In this document: one piece after another, positions 7,633-16,209 of the stretch
How positions within the stretch are numbered: position 1 is the stretch's first letter
Layout of the letters: every line of letters begins with the position of its first letter
NCBI GenBank assembly: GCA_049472355.1
Contig: JBLIRP010000044.1
Span: 1-31,524 of the forward strand
Direction of reading: 5' to 3'
Length of the DNA: 31,524 nt
From: a bacterium
Lineage (GTDB): Bacteria > SZUA-182 > DTGQ01 > JAFGSM01
Program-made: the position numbers and the translations under genes
Notes under the pieces: model-generated
What the model was told of the DNA's origin: nothing
Database searches by the model: none
Seen by the model: the letters and a program-made list of their open reading frames with translations, nothing else

Positions 7633-7676
7633 AAAGAGGGGCCTCGACGCCTGGTGCGTCGGAGGCCCCTCTTTTT
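7633..7676 (+). terminator. Intrinsic terminator
   Basis: AAAGAGGGGCCTCGACGC-CTGGT-GCGTCGGAGGCCCCTCTTTTT, long GC stem with T tract. Confidence 0.8.
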
Positions 7677-7692
7677 GTTGTTGCAGGGCATA

Positions 7693-7701
7693 TGGTATAA
7701 T
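7693..7701 (+). promoter_or_regulatory. Extended -10 sigma70 promoter element
   Basis: TGGTATAAT (TGnTATAAT) upstream of the 7767 ORF. Confidence 0.5.
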
Positions 7702-7766
7702 GTGATGATATCGGAACTACGGGAAGCGTGCAGGTCTTTTGACCCTCCCCATGTGTAAACGAGGCG

Positions 7767-8420
7767 ATGATGCGAGGGCGATCAATGGCGGATGCGAAAT
7801 GTGTGATCTGCGGAACACGAAAGGGAAGGCGTTTTTGCCTTGATCTGCGGGGCATGGTCTGCGCGCCGTGCTGCGGCAAGAGGATGCACGGCCAATCCGG
7901 TTGCCCTGAGGAGTGCGTCTATGTGATAGCGAGCCGGCAGTATCACGAGCAGAAGGATGACACCATGCCCGCCCCGGTGGAAACGGACCAGAGGGTTGAC
8001 TGGTCCGTGGTCGCCTTTTTTGAGGAGAGTGTCTATGAGCGTTTGCTCAAGGACAGTTACTATGAGGACCGGGACATACTGCAGGGGATTGAACGGAAGA
8101 TTGATGCATTGGAGCATCCCGGGACACCCCATGAGGTTCTGTTGAACCGGGTGGGCGTTATAGAATCCGCATTGGACCAGGCGACAAAAAGGATTGAGCG
8201 CGAGGAAGGCGCCCCCTGTTCCGATGATCGTCTTTTGCGTGCGCTACGCTCCTATGCGCGGATGGTGCGGCGTCTGGGAACAAGCAGGAAGGAAGGACAT
8301 CGCTACATCGACAATATCAAGGAGAGGGTGGCGCAATTTGAGAAGAAACAGGGGAATGAGGCATCAAAAAAAGAGGACATGTCTGGTCATTCGCTCATAA
8401 CCCTCCCGTTCGGCAAGTAA
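7767..8420 (+). CDS. Hypothetical protein with N-terminal Cys-rich (probable Zn-finger) domain
   Basis: CVICG..RFC..VCAPCCG..GCPEEC cluster followed by a helical region. Start may be ATG 7785. 3' end overlaps fdhE convergently. Confidence 0.65.
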   Translation: MMRGRSMADAKCVICGTRKGRRFCLDLRGMVCAPCCGKRMHGQSGCPEECVYVIASRQYHEQKDDTMPAPVETDQRVDWSVVAFFEESVYERLLKDSYYEDRDILQGIERKIDALEHPGTPHEVLLNRVGVIESALDQATKRIEREEGAPCSDDRLLRALRSYARMVRRLGTSRKEGHRYIDNIKERVAQFEKKQGNEASKKEDMSGHSLITLPFGK

Positions 8421-9266
8421 ATCCAGGTGAAGGGTTGCCAGGTCGTCAAGATGGAGATCGCACCCCTGTTTCCCCTCCCGTTTTCTCAAGTCCAGGGTCT
8501 TGATATACCTCTTGCACCTTTTGCATACGGATATACGATCCCGTTCCTTTTTGCCTTCGTCATCCTCGAGAAAGAAATAGGCAAGGTCCTCATGATCGGT
8601 GGTCTGGCAGTACGGGCATTTAAGCCTGCCGTAGTCCCATGAGGTATCGCACCAGGAACAGAGGAGATGCCTCCTTCCCTCTTCCCCCTCGATGTATGAA
8701 AGGAGGGGAGGGGATCCGCACAAAGGGCAGAAGGATTCCAACCAGAGATCCCCGTCGGAAGGAAGGTAGGAATTGAGGGCGCTTCCATAGGCGTGACCGT
8801 AAGGCTTCAGGCTGGCCCCGAGGAGGAAATCCAGCATGGGGTGTTCATCCGCGTCTTTCCAAAGACGCCGCAGTTCGTGTTCCCGGTCCTGTTTGTGCAC
8901 CTGATTCAGGTATACACGGACCAATGAATGGACATCGATCCCTTCATCCTCAAGCCGCTTCGAAATCTTAAGAATGGTCGGCTTTAGTGTACTCCTCCTA
9001 TCGGCCACAAAATGGGCGATTCTCCGGAATGTCTCCTTGAACTGGTCGGAAGGGATCATCACCTCGGCCTTGTTGACCAATGGGCATCCCTCTTTCAGTT
9101 TGAGTGATGCCTGTTCGGGCGAAAGCTCCATCCCGGTGAGATCAAGGTGCGGTTTGATCCGGTTCAGCTCTTCGGTGATCTCATAGCCGAAGCGGATGAT
9201 CTCTCCGAGACGAGGATATGTTTCCATAATGGTAATAAGTGATTCAGGGATCGGTGCATCGGACAT
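8364..9266 (-). CDS. fdhE: Formate dehydrogenase accessory protein FdhE
   Basis: CPLCGS, RHLLCSWCDTSW, RLKCPYC, CKRCKRYIK and DDLATLHLDLLAEREGY match the FdhE pattern. Confidence 0.9.
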   Translation of the reverse strand: MSDAPIPESLITIMETYPRLGEIIRFGYEITEELNRIKPHLDLTGMELSPEQASLKLKEGCPLVNKAEVMIPSDQFKETFRRIAHFVADRRSTLKPTILKISKRLEDEGIDVHSLVRVYLNQVHKQDREHELRRLWKDADEHPMLDFLLGASLKPYGHAYGSALNSYLPSDGDLWLESFCPLCGSPPLLSYIEGEEGRRHLLCSWCDTSWDYGRLKCPYCQTTDHEDLAYFFLEDDEGKKERDRISVCKRCKRYIKTLDLRKREGKQGCDLHLDDLATLHLDLLAEREGYERMTRHVLFF

Positions 9267-9366
9267 GTCGCAATACTCCTGCTATGTGCTGTGGTCTTCG
9301 GTTCACCCCTTTTCAATCCGGTGAACGCTGTTTATTCGATAGGAATGGGATAACGATTGATATCAT

Positions 9367-9395
9367 ACCGTACCACAGTTGGGATATGCTGTCAA
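9367..9395 (-). promoter_or_regulatory. Possible sigma70 promoter for fdhE
   Basis: Minus strand TTGACA-17 bp-TACGGT with TG extension. Confidence 0.4.
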
Positions 9396-9532
9396 AGACG
9401 GGATCCGTTCCGTGAAAAAGGAAGGCATATGTCTTGCATGATTGAATCATTTTGCTATGCATAATAATACCCGCCGGGGGAATGATTCCTGTTGATGCAG
9501 TGAAAGCCGCGTGCCGGGGCGGGTAAGCGGAG

Positions 9533-9561
9533 TTGACTTGATAGGAGCGATACGATATACT
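9533..9561 (+). promoter_or_regulatory. Sigma70 promoter of the T2SS operon
   Basis: TTGACT-17 bp-TATACT, with GGAGG RBS before GTG 9609. Confidence 0.75.
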
Positions 9562-9608
9562 GATGAAGAATAGTTCCAAAAATCAAAGAGTTTGGGAGGT
9601 TTTTAGCC

Positions 9609-11330
9609 GTGCCTTTGCCTCAGAATAGATTGGGTGATCTTCTCATCAACAAGGGGCTCATCACCAAGGAGGACCTGGACAAGGCCATCGAGCAGCAGAA
9701 GCAGACAGCCGAGAGGCTGGGAAAGGTGCTCATGGACCTGGGATTTATCTCAGAGGATGATCTCTACAAGACCCTTGGTGAGCAACTGCACATACCATTT
9801 TTGTCGAAGTCGGAATATCCCGATACCCCCATTCTGGATGTGGAATTCGCCCCCAAGTTTATGCGTCAATACAAGTTTTTTCCGTTGGAGATAAAGGACG
9901 GCACCCTCCGGGTTGCCATGAGCGACCCCATTGATCTTTACACCATCGATGAGTTGCGCCTGTTCACCAAGTGCAAGGTTCGCGTGTACGTGTCAAAGGA
10001 ATCGGATGTCCTTTCCGCTATCGATCAGCACTTCGGCGGGAGCTCCTCGACAATGGAAAAGATCATAGAGGACATGGCGGATGAGGAACTCCAGCTCCTC
10101 GCCTCCGGGGAAGAGGAGGACATCGATCATCTGCGCGATATGGCCTCTGAGGCCCCGATCATCAAACTTGTCAACCTGTTTATCTCCAAGGCCATCGAAG
10201 AAGAGGCGAGCGACATTCACATTGAGCCCTTCGAGGACAGGCTTATGGTGAGGTTCCGCGTCGACGGCATCCTGCACGACATTGAATCACCACCCAAGCG
10301 CATACAGGCAGCCATTATCTCCAGGGTGAAGATCATGGCGAATTTGAATATCGCGGAGCGAAGGCTTCCCCAGGACGGACGGGTCCGCCTGAGGGTGGCG
10401 GGGAAAAAGATCGATCTGAGGGTGTCCTCGGTTCCGACCCTTTACGGAGAGAGCGTGGTCATGAGGGTCCTGGACAGGGGAAGCATCCTCCTCAGCCTCG
10501 AAGACCTGGGATTTCCCCGTGAGAAATTGAAGGAATTCGAGCATCTCATACATAAACCCCACGGCATCATTCTGGTGACCGGGCCTACCGGAAGCGGCAA
10601 GACAACCACGCTCTATGCCGCCCTGGAAAAGATAAATTCGCCGGAAAAGAAGATCATCACCGTGGAAGATCCGGTGGAGTATCAGTTGAGCGGGGTCAAT
10701 CAGATACAGGTCAATCCGAAGATCGGATTGACCTTTGCCAACGGCTTGCGGTCGATTGTCCGGCAGGACCCCGACATTATGATGGTGGGAGAAATCAGGG
10801 ACAAAGAGACCGCTGAGATTGCCATTCAGTCGGCATTGACCGGCCATATGGTCTTTTCCACCCTGCACACCAACGACGCCCCCGGGGCAATCACGCGCCT
10901 TCTGGATATGGGAGTGGAGGGATACCTCGTTTCCTCGTGTCTGGAGGGGATACTGGCACAGAGGCTGGTCAGGGTCATATGCAAACAGTGCAAGCAGCCC
11001 ATTGTGCCGGACAAGAAGCTGTTCGGTCAGATGGAGCCCCAGGCAAAGGACATCAGGATCGCCTATCGCGGCAAGGGATGCGATGTGTGCAAGAATACCG
11101 GATATCATGGGAGAACGGGTATCTTCGAGCTTTTGACCCTTTCGGAGCCGATCAGGGCAATGGTCATAGAAAAGGTGGGGGCGAACCTCATCAGGCAGAG
11201 GGCTGTCCAAGTGGGCCTCAGGACCCTGCGGGATGACGGATGGAACAAGGTTCGACAGGGAATCACGACCATAGAGGAGGTCCTCCGGGTGACGCGGGAG
11301 GAAGAGTTGGTCGGGCTCATGGAGGAATAG
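9609..11330 (+). CDS. gspE: Type II secretion ATPase GspE (with MshEN-like N-terminus)
   Basis: Walker A GPTGSGKTT, ASDIHIEP, RQDPDIMMVGEIRD, STLHTNDA, CxxC..CxxC zinc motif. N-terminal RLGDLL..RLGKVL repeats. Confidence 0.95.
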   Translation: MPLPQNRLGDLLINKGLITKEDLDKAIEQQKQTAERLGKVLMDLGFISEDDLYKTLGEQLHIPFLSKSEYPDTPILDVEFAPKFMRQYKFFPLEIKDGTLRVAMSDPIDLYTIDELRLFTKCKVRVYVSKESDVLSAIDQHFGGSSSTMEKIIEDMADEELQLLASGEEEDIDHLRDMASEAPIIKLVNLFISKAIEEEASDIHIEPFEDRLMVRFRVDGILHDIESPPKRIQAAIISRVKIMANLNIAERRLPQDGRVRLRVAGKKIDLRVSSVPTLYGESVVMRVLDRGSILLSLEDLGFPREKLKEFEHLIHKPHGIILVTGPTGSGKTTTLYAALEKINSPEKKIITVEDPVEYQLSGVNQIQVNPKIGLTFANGLRSIVRQDPDIMMVGEIRDKETAEIAIQSALTGHMVFSTLHTNDAPGAITRLLDMGVEGYLVSSCLEGILAQRLVRVICKQCKQPIVPDKKLFGQMEPQAKDIRIAYRGKGCDVCKNTGYHGRTGIFELLTLSEPIRAMVIEKVGANLIRQRAVQVGLRTLRDDGWNKVRQGITTIEEVLRVTREEELVGLMEE

Positions 11331-11340
11331 GCACAGGGTC

Positions 11341-12564
11341 ATGGCCGTCTTTGTCTATAAAGCCGCTGATAAGGCCGGGAACATCGTCACCGGGACCATG
11401 GAGGCCAAGGATAGGACCTCGGTCATAAACCGGCTCCAGGCATCCGCCTATTTTCCCATAAAGATCGAGCAGGGCTCCGCCACCCGGGCATCGCTTGCCG
11501 AACGGGTAAAGGGGAAACGGCTCTTTCAGAGGGTGAGCAATAACGAGATCCTGGGATTTACCCAGCAATTGGCCACCCTGACGGGTTCCGCCATTCCCCT
11601 GGATCGCAGTCTTTCCACGCTCAAGCAATTATCGACGAATGAAAAGCTGGCCTCCATCATCGATGATGTCCACAAGAATGTCCATGGCGGGAGTCTGTTT
11701 GCCGATGCACTCGCCCAGCACCCCAAGTATTTCTCCAAGCTCTATGTGAACATGGTAAAGGCCGGCGAAGCGGGCGGTGTGCTGGAAGCGGTTCTTGCCC
11801 GGTTGGCCGAGTTTCTGGAAAGCTCCCACGAGCTCAGGGAAAATATAAAGAGCGCCCTCATCTATCCGATCCTTCTCACCGTGGTAAGCGGCATAGCAGT
11901 GACCGTGCTGCTCGTGTTCGTGGTGCCGAAATTCAGGGTCATCTTTGCCGACATGGGGAAAAGCCTTCCGCTGCTCACCCAGATGCTCCTTGGTTTCAGC
12001 CAGTTTCTCGTGGATTACTGGTGGCTCCTTGCAGGGGTGGTATTTGTCCTCATTATGAGCTTCCGGCGGTACATCACCACCCCCCGGGGAAGATGGAACT
12101 GGGATCGCCTGAAGCTGAAGATGCCTATGTTTGGCGGGCTTGCCCAGAAGATAGAAATCGCCCGTTTTGCGAGGACCTTCGGCACGCTGATTCAGAGCGG
12201 TGTCCCGATCCTTCAGGCCCTGAACATCGTCAAGGATATCGTCGGGAATACGGTCATCTCCAGGGCGATCAGCAGTGTCCAGAGCAGTCTCAAGGAAGGG
12301 GAGAAGATATCGGAGCCCCTCAAGCAAAGCGGCGTTTTCCCGCCCCTTGCGGTGCACATGATCGACGTGGGGGAAGAAACCGGTCAGTTGGAGAATATGC
12401 TGTTCAAGGTAGCCGATGCCTTCGAGGTTGATGTGCGGACATCCGTCAAGAGACTGGTAGGGCTGCTTGAGCCGCTGCTCATCCTGATCATGGGAGGGAT
12501 TGTCGCCGTTATCGTGATCGGCATGCTTCTTGCGATCTTCAGTATCAATGAAATACCATTTTGA
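11341..12564 (+). CDS. gspF: Type II secretion inner-membrane platform protein GspF
   Basis: GEAGGVL, ALIYP, GEETGQL, LLEP motifs, three TM segments. Confidence 0.95.
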   Translation: MAVFVYKAADKAGNIVTGTMEAKDRTSVINRLQASAYFPIKIEQGSATRASLAERVKGKRLFQRVSNNEILGFTQQLATLTGSAIPLDRSLSTLKQLSTNEKLASIIDDVHKNVHGGSLFADALAQHPKYFSKLYVNMVKAGEAGGVLEAVLARLAEFLESSHELRENIKSALIYPILLTVVSGIAVTVLLVFVVPKFRVIFADMGKSLPLLTQMLLGFSQFLVDYWWLLAGVVFVLIMSFRRYITTPRGRWNWDRLKLKMPMFGGLAQKIEIARFARTFGTLIQSGVPILQALNIVKDIVGNTVISRAISSVQSSLKEGEKISEPLKQSGVFPPLAVHMIDVGEETGQLENMLFKVADAFEVDVRTSVKRLVGLLEPLLILIMGGIVAVIVIGMLLAIFSINEIPF

Positions 12565-12733
12565 GATGCGGAGAAAAAAAACAACTATCCCCGAAAGGAA
12601 GTCATAGGGAGGGATCGAGAGACGCACAAGGAAAGAAATCAGGATTCGAATTGTGGATCCGAACTGAAACACTTTATTCATACCATAGGCGATTGGGTCT
12701 GGCATTTCAGGCCCAAATTTTTTGGAGGAAACC

Positions 12734-13198
12734 ATGAGAAAAAAGAGATGTGAAGGGGTAGTGCGAGACTCGCAGCAAGGTTTTACCCTTATAGAATTAC
12801 TGGTGGTCATGATCATCATCGGACTGTTGGCGACCCTGGTCGGCCCCAAGATGTTCAAGCAAGTCGGCCAGGCCAAGATCAAGACGGCGAGGGGACAGAT
12901 CGCCATGTTCGAGACCGCCCTGGATGCCTATCGCCTGGATGTGGGAAGATATCCGGAACGTCTGCAGGACCTGGTGATGAAGCCGACGGACGTGGACGAT
13001 GGCAAGTGGTTCGGGCCCTACCTCAGGAAGGAGATACCGAAGGACCCCTGGGATCATGAATACCACTATGCGAGGCAGGAGGACGATTACGTGCTTCAAT
13101 CCTATGGTGCGGACGGCCAGCCCGGCGGCGATGGAGAGAATGCGGATATCCCTGATGCAGCGGGGATGCACGAGGGCTCCGTGGTGCCCGCGGGCTGA
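12734..13198 (+). CDS. gspG: Major pseudopilin GspG
   Basis: GGAGG RBS before ATG 12734. G|FTLIELLVV prepilin motif, YRLDVGRYP, GPYL, KDPW, SYGADG. Confidence 0.95.
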   Translation: MRKKRCEGVVRDSQQGFTLIELLVVMIIIGLLATLVGPKMFKQVGQAKIKTARGQIAMFETALDAYRLDVGRYPERLQDLVMKPTDVDDGKWFGPYLRKEIPKDPWDHEYHYARQEDDYVLQSYGADGQPGGDGENADIPDAAGMHEGSVVPAG

Positions 13199-13779
13199 TG
13201 CCGATGTATTGCACCGTGCAGGGGGTAAGGCCGTACGGCTTCACCCTGATTGAATTGGTCATCGTCCTTGCGATCATCTCGATCGTCACCGCAGTTGGTG
13301 CGCCTCGGTTCGGGGGGGCGATCGCCAATATGAAGCTTCGTGCAGCGGTCCGGACATGCTCGGCGGTTTTGAGGTATGCACGGAGTTCCGCGGTTGCCAC
13401 CCAGTCCGACCAAAAGGTCACCTTCACACTCTGGAGTGATCCCGAAGAGAGTGATGTTTACACCTTCTACAGGGTGCGCCAGAAGGAAAAGACCCAGGAG
13501 GAATTTGAGGACGACGAATTTGTCGAAAATCAGCCATCTTTGCCGGAACTGGAGCGGGAAAAAAAGACGGAGAAAATCGAACCTGCCATCACGTTGAGCT
13601 GGAGAACCGGCAAGGAGAGCGAATGGGTGGATGAGGGGGAATACGAAATCTCCTTTTTGTCCCGCGGGTTCGCATCCGGTGGTGAACTGCGATTCGCCTT
13701 GACGGACCGCGAGACATTCTTCATTCTTACCATCGACCCGGTTACCGGCCGGGTCAAGGCAACCGCCGAAGAGGAATAA
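13198..13779 (+). CDS. gspH: Minor pseudopilin GspH
   Basis: G|FTLIELVIV, YARSSAV, C-terminal IDPVTGRV, and operon position. Confidence 0.85.
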   Translation: MPMYCTVQGVRPYGFTLIELVIVLAIISIVTAVGAPRFGGAIANMKLRAAVRTCSAVLRYARSSAVATQSDQKVTFTLWSDPEESDVYTFYRVRQKEKTQEEFEDDEFVENQPSLPELEREKKTEKIEPAITLSWRTGKESEWVDEGEYEISFLSRGFASGGELRFALTDRETFFILTIDPVTGRVKATAEEE

Positions 13780-13785
13780 GCCGTT

Positions 13786-14241
13786 ATGCCGCGCAATATC
13801 AATCATGAGAAGGGATTCACCCTTCTTGAAATCATGGTTGCAATGGCCATCATGGCCACCGCACTGGTAACGATCATTCAACTCCTCTCGGGTGCACTGC
13901 GTTCCGCAAAGATCTCGTATGACTATACGCTTGCGGTGATGGGGGCGAAGGAGAAGATGGACCAGGCCCTTGCGGTAACAACCATGGAGGAATTCGAAGA
14001 GCTCATCAAGACGGGGGAGTTTGAAAGCGCTATCATGGAGGGGTACCGATGGGAGATCAGCGAACCGGAACCCTATACATTGCCGGAGGGGTTGTCCACC
14101 GATATTGAAGAAGAAAGCGGCCCTCTGGAGGACCAGCCCTCTCATCCCTACCGGATAACGGTCACGGTGCGCTGGGCATCGGGCTTGCATGACAGGGAGG
14201 TCAGTTTTACCAGTATCAAGATACTGGAGGAGGAGGAATAA
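13786..14241 (+). CDS. gspI: Minor pseudopilin GspI
   Basis: G|FTLLEIMVA, ITVTVRW, and operon position. Confidence 0.85.
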   Translation: MPRNINHEKGFTLLEIMVAMAIMATALVTIIQLLSGALRSAKISYDYTLAVMGAKEKMDQALAVTTMEEFEELIKTGEFESAIMEGYRWEISEPEPYTLPEGLSTDIEEESGPLEDQPSHPYRITVTVRWASGLHDREVSFTSIKILEEEE

Positions 14242-14248
14242 GGTCACC

Positions 14249-15028
14249 GTGGGGAACATACACCACCAGTCGGGATTTACACTGCTGGAATTGATGATAT
14301 CGGTGACCATCCTGACGCTCATTCTGGGGGTGATATTCGGAGCGATGCGCCTCGGCAGCAGATCATGGGAGAAAGGGGAGGAACGGATCGACCGGTTGCA
14401 GAGAATGCGGGTGACCTACGATATCCTCTCCGAGGATATCAGGTCGATCCCCCTTTCCGGTGGGAGAAGGCAGGGTGATTATGGTAAAATATCCATCTGT
14501 CCCGAAGGAAAGGGGTGTAATCTGAAGGCCGTGCTGTTCATCGGAGAGTCGGACCGGATCAGATTTGTCACCACGAATCCCGGCCTTGCCCCGAGTCTGA
14601 ACAGGGACAGCTATCGGGTGGTAACCTACTATTTGGGGCAGCATTACAATAGTGAGTATGAGGGGGTCGTGATGGAGGAGTATGCGTGGCTCTTCTCCGA
14701 TTTCTTTCGTTTTGAGACGTTATGCGATCGATGTGAGAAGGGTGCCGATGAGTTCAATTACGACCCGTTTGTCTATTCGATCTATCCCGAGGTCACCGAA
14801 CTCGGTTTCAGGTATTATGGAATACATCGAGGGGATGAGGAGCCCGATTGGTACGAGACATGGAACCCCTTCCAGGATCTTTGTTCGTGCGATAAGGGCT
14901 TGATTCAGGATACCCTGCCGCAGAAGGTCGAGGTGCGGATGGTGCGGCCCAAGATCTTTGCCGGCGAGGAAGGGGAGACCGAAGAGGTGGTCTTCGAGGT
15001 GACCATCGAGTCCTATACGGAGGAGTGA
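14249..15028 (+). CDS. gspJ: Minor pseudopilin GspJ
   Basis: GTG 14249 after GGAGGA. G|FTLLELMIS, FRYYG..W..TW, LPQKVEV. Confidence 0.85.
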   Translation: MGNIHHQSGFTLLELMISVTILTLILGVIFGAMRLGSRSWEKGEERIDRLQRMRVTYDILSEDIRSIPLSGGRRQGDYGKISICPEGKGCNLKAVLFIGESDRIRFVTTNPGLAPSLNRDSYRVVTYYLGQHYNSEYEGVVMEEYAWLFSDFFRFETLCDRCEKGADEFNYDPFVYSIYPEVTELGFRYYGIHRGDEEPDWYETWNPFQDLCSCDKGLIQDTLPQKVEVRMVRPKIFAGEEGETEEVVFEVTIESYTEE

Positions 15029-15054
15029 TCATCATTCATTGCAGAAAGGGGAAC

Positions 15055-16116
15055 ATGGTTTCGAAATACGACCGTTGTGAAGGGCTTTTACGCAAGGTCT
15101 TCGGCTTTGCAGCAATCGGGGACCGCGGGATCGCCCTCATGATGATCTTGTGGGTGTTGATAATGCTGGATATCATTGTGCTCCAGTTTGCAGCCTCCAT
15201 GAGAACGGAGTCGGAGATCACCCGGAATTTCAGGGATCGGATCGAGGCGTACTACCTCGCCAGGGCCGCAGCCGAACTGGCACAGTATGAGCTCACCTAT
15301 GTGGCGAGCCTGGCCATCACCAAGGACACCCCCGTGGCGAACAAGTATGGCGCAGTGGACTTTCGACCCCAGCGGGCTGACAGGGATGCGAATCCTGTGT
15401 GGAAAAGAGAGGTCGATTTGGGCGGCGGCGCCTTCCGTATCGAGTATCACGTCAAGGAGGACCGGTACGATCTCAATTACCTTGCAAAGAGCAATCAGAA
15501 GGATCTGGAGGATGTCCTGGTGGCCTGCGGGGTCGAGGCGGCGAGCGCCCACCTGAGCATGCTCAAGAATGCGATCATCGACTGGGCTGATGCCGATTCG
15601 GATCTTTCCGGCCCGGACAGTGCGGAGGATGACTGGTACGAGGATAACTGGAAGGGATATGAGTGCAAGGACGACCGGTTTTATTCGGTTGCGGAACTGG
15701 CCCTCATTCGTGGCCTTCGCTTGGAGGGGGACGAGACCGATGAAGAGCGGGACGAGAAAAAGAGGCTCTTGAGTGAGCTGTATGCGCGGGTCACCGCTCA
15801 TCCCTTCCTCACCCACAATAAACCCAATCGAAATTTTATCAATGCCCCCACCGATGACGTGAAAAACGAGCCCGAGGATTTTGAGAATCTTTTTGATGAT
15901 TTCGGGGAACGGATCGTGCAGGAGCAGTCGAAGCCCACGCAGTACGATATCGTGGCGACCGGATGGGTGAAAGGAAGCCCCGTACGAAGGAGGATAAAGG
16001 CCGAGATCAAGCTCATAGGGGGCAGGAAAATCCAGATGCTTTCCTGGTCGGATAATTATATGCCCGTTCAGGAGTTGGATCCGAACACAATCGGCGAAGA
16101 GGAAGAAACACTTTAA
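15055..16116 (+). CDS. gspK: Minor pseudopilin GspK
   Basis: RG|IALMMILWVL (no Glu5, typical of GspK), AYYLARA, IIDWADAD, ELALIRG. Alternative start GTG 15025. Confidence 0.9.
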   Translation: MVSKYDRCEGLLRKVFGFAAIGDRGIALMMILWVLIMLDIIVLQFAASMRTESEITRNFRDRIEAYYLARAAAELAQYELTYVASLAITKDTPVANKYGAVDFRPQRADRDANPVWKREVDLGGGAFRIEYHVKEDRYDLNYLAKSNQKDLEDVLVACGVEAASAHLSMLKNAIIDWADADSDLSGPDSAEDDWYEDNWKGYECKDDRFYSVAELALIRGLRLEGDETDEERDEKKRLLSELYARVTAHPFLTHNKPNRNFINAPTDDVKNEPEDFENLFDDFGERIVQEQSKPTQYDIVATGWVKGSPVRRRIKAEIKLIGGRKIQMLSWSDNYMPVQELDPNTIGEEEETL

Positions 16117-16209
16117 TGTGAAGGAAATAAGGGGATCATCCGAATATCCCCGAACAATGGACGGATACTGAATTGACCGTTTTTTAGAAAGGAACGAACA
16201 GCACATACA

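Noticed and set aside
13760..16116. Glu-rich C-termini on several pseudopilins as a shared signal
   Set aside because: Largely explained by GAGGAG Shine-Dalgarno sequences for the next gene embedded in the 3' ends.
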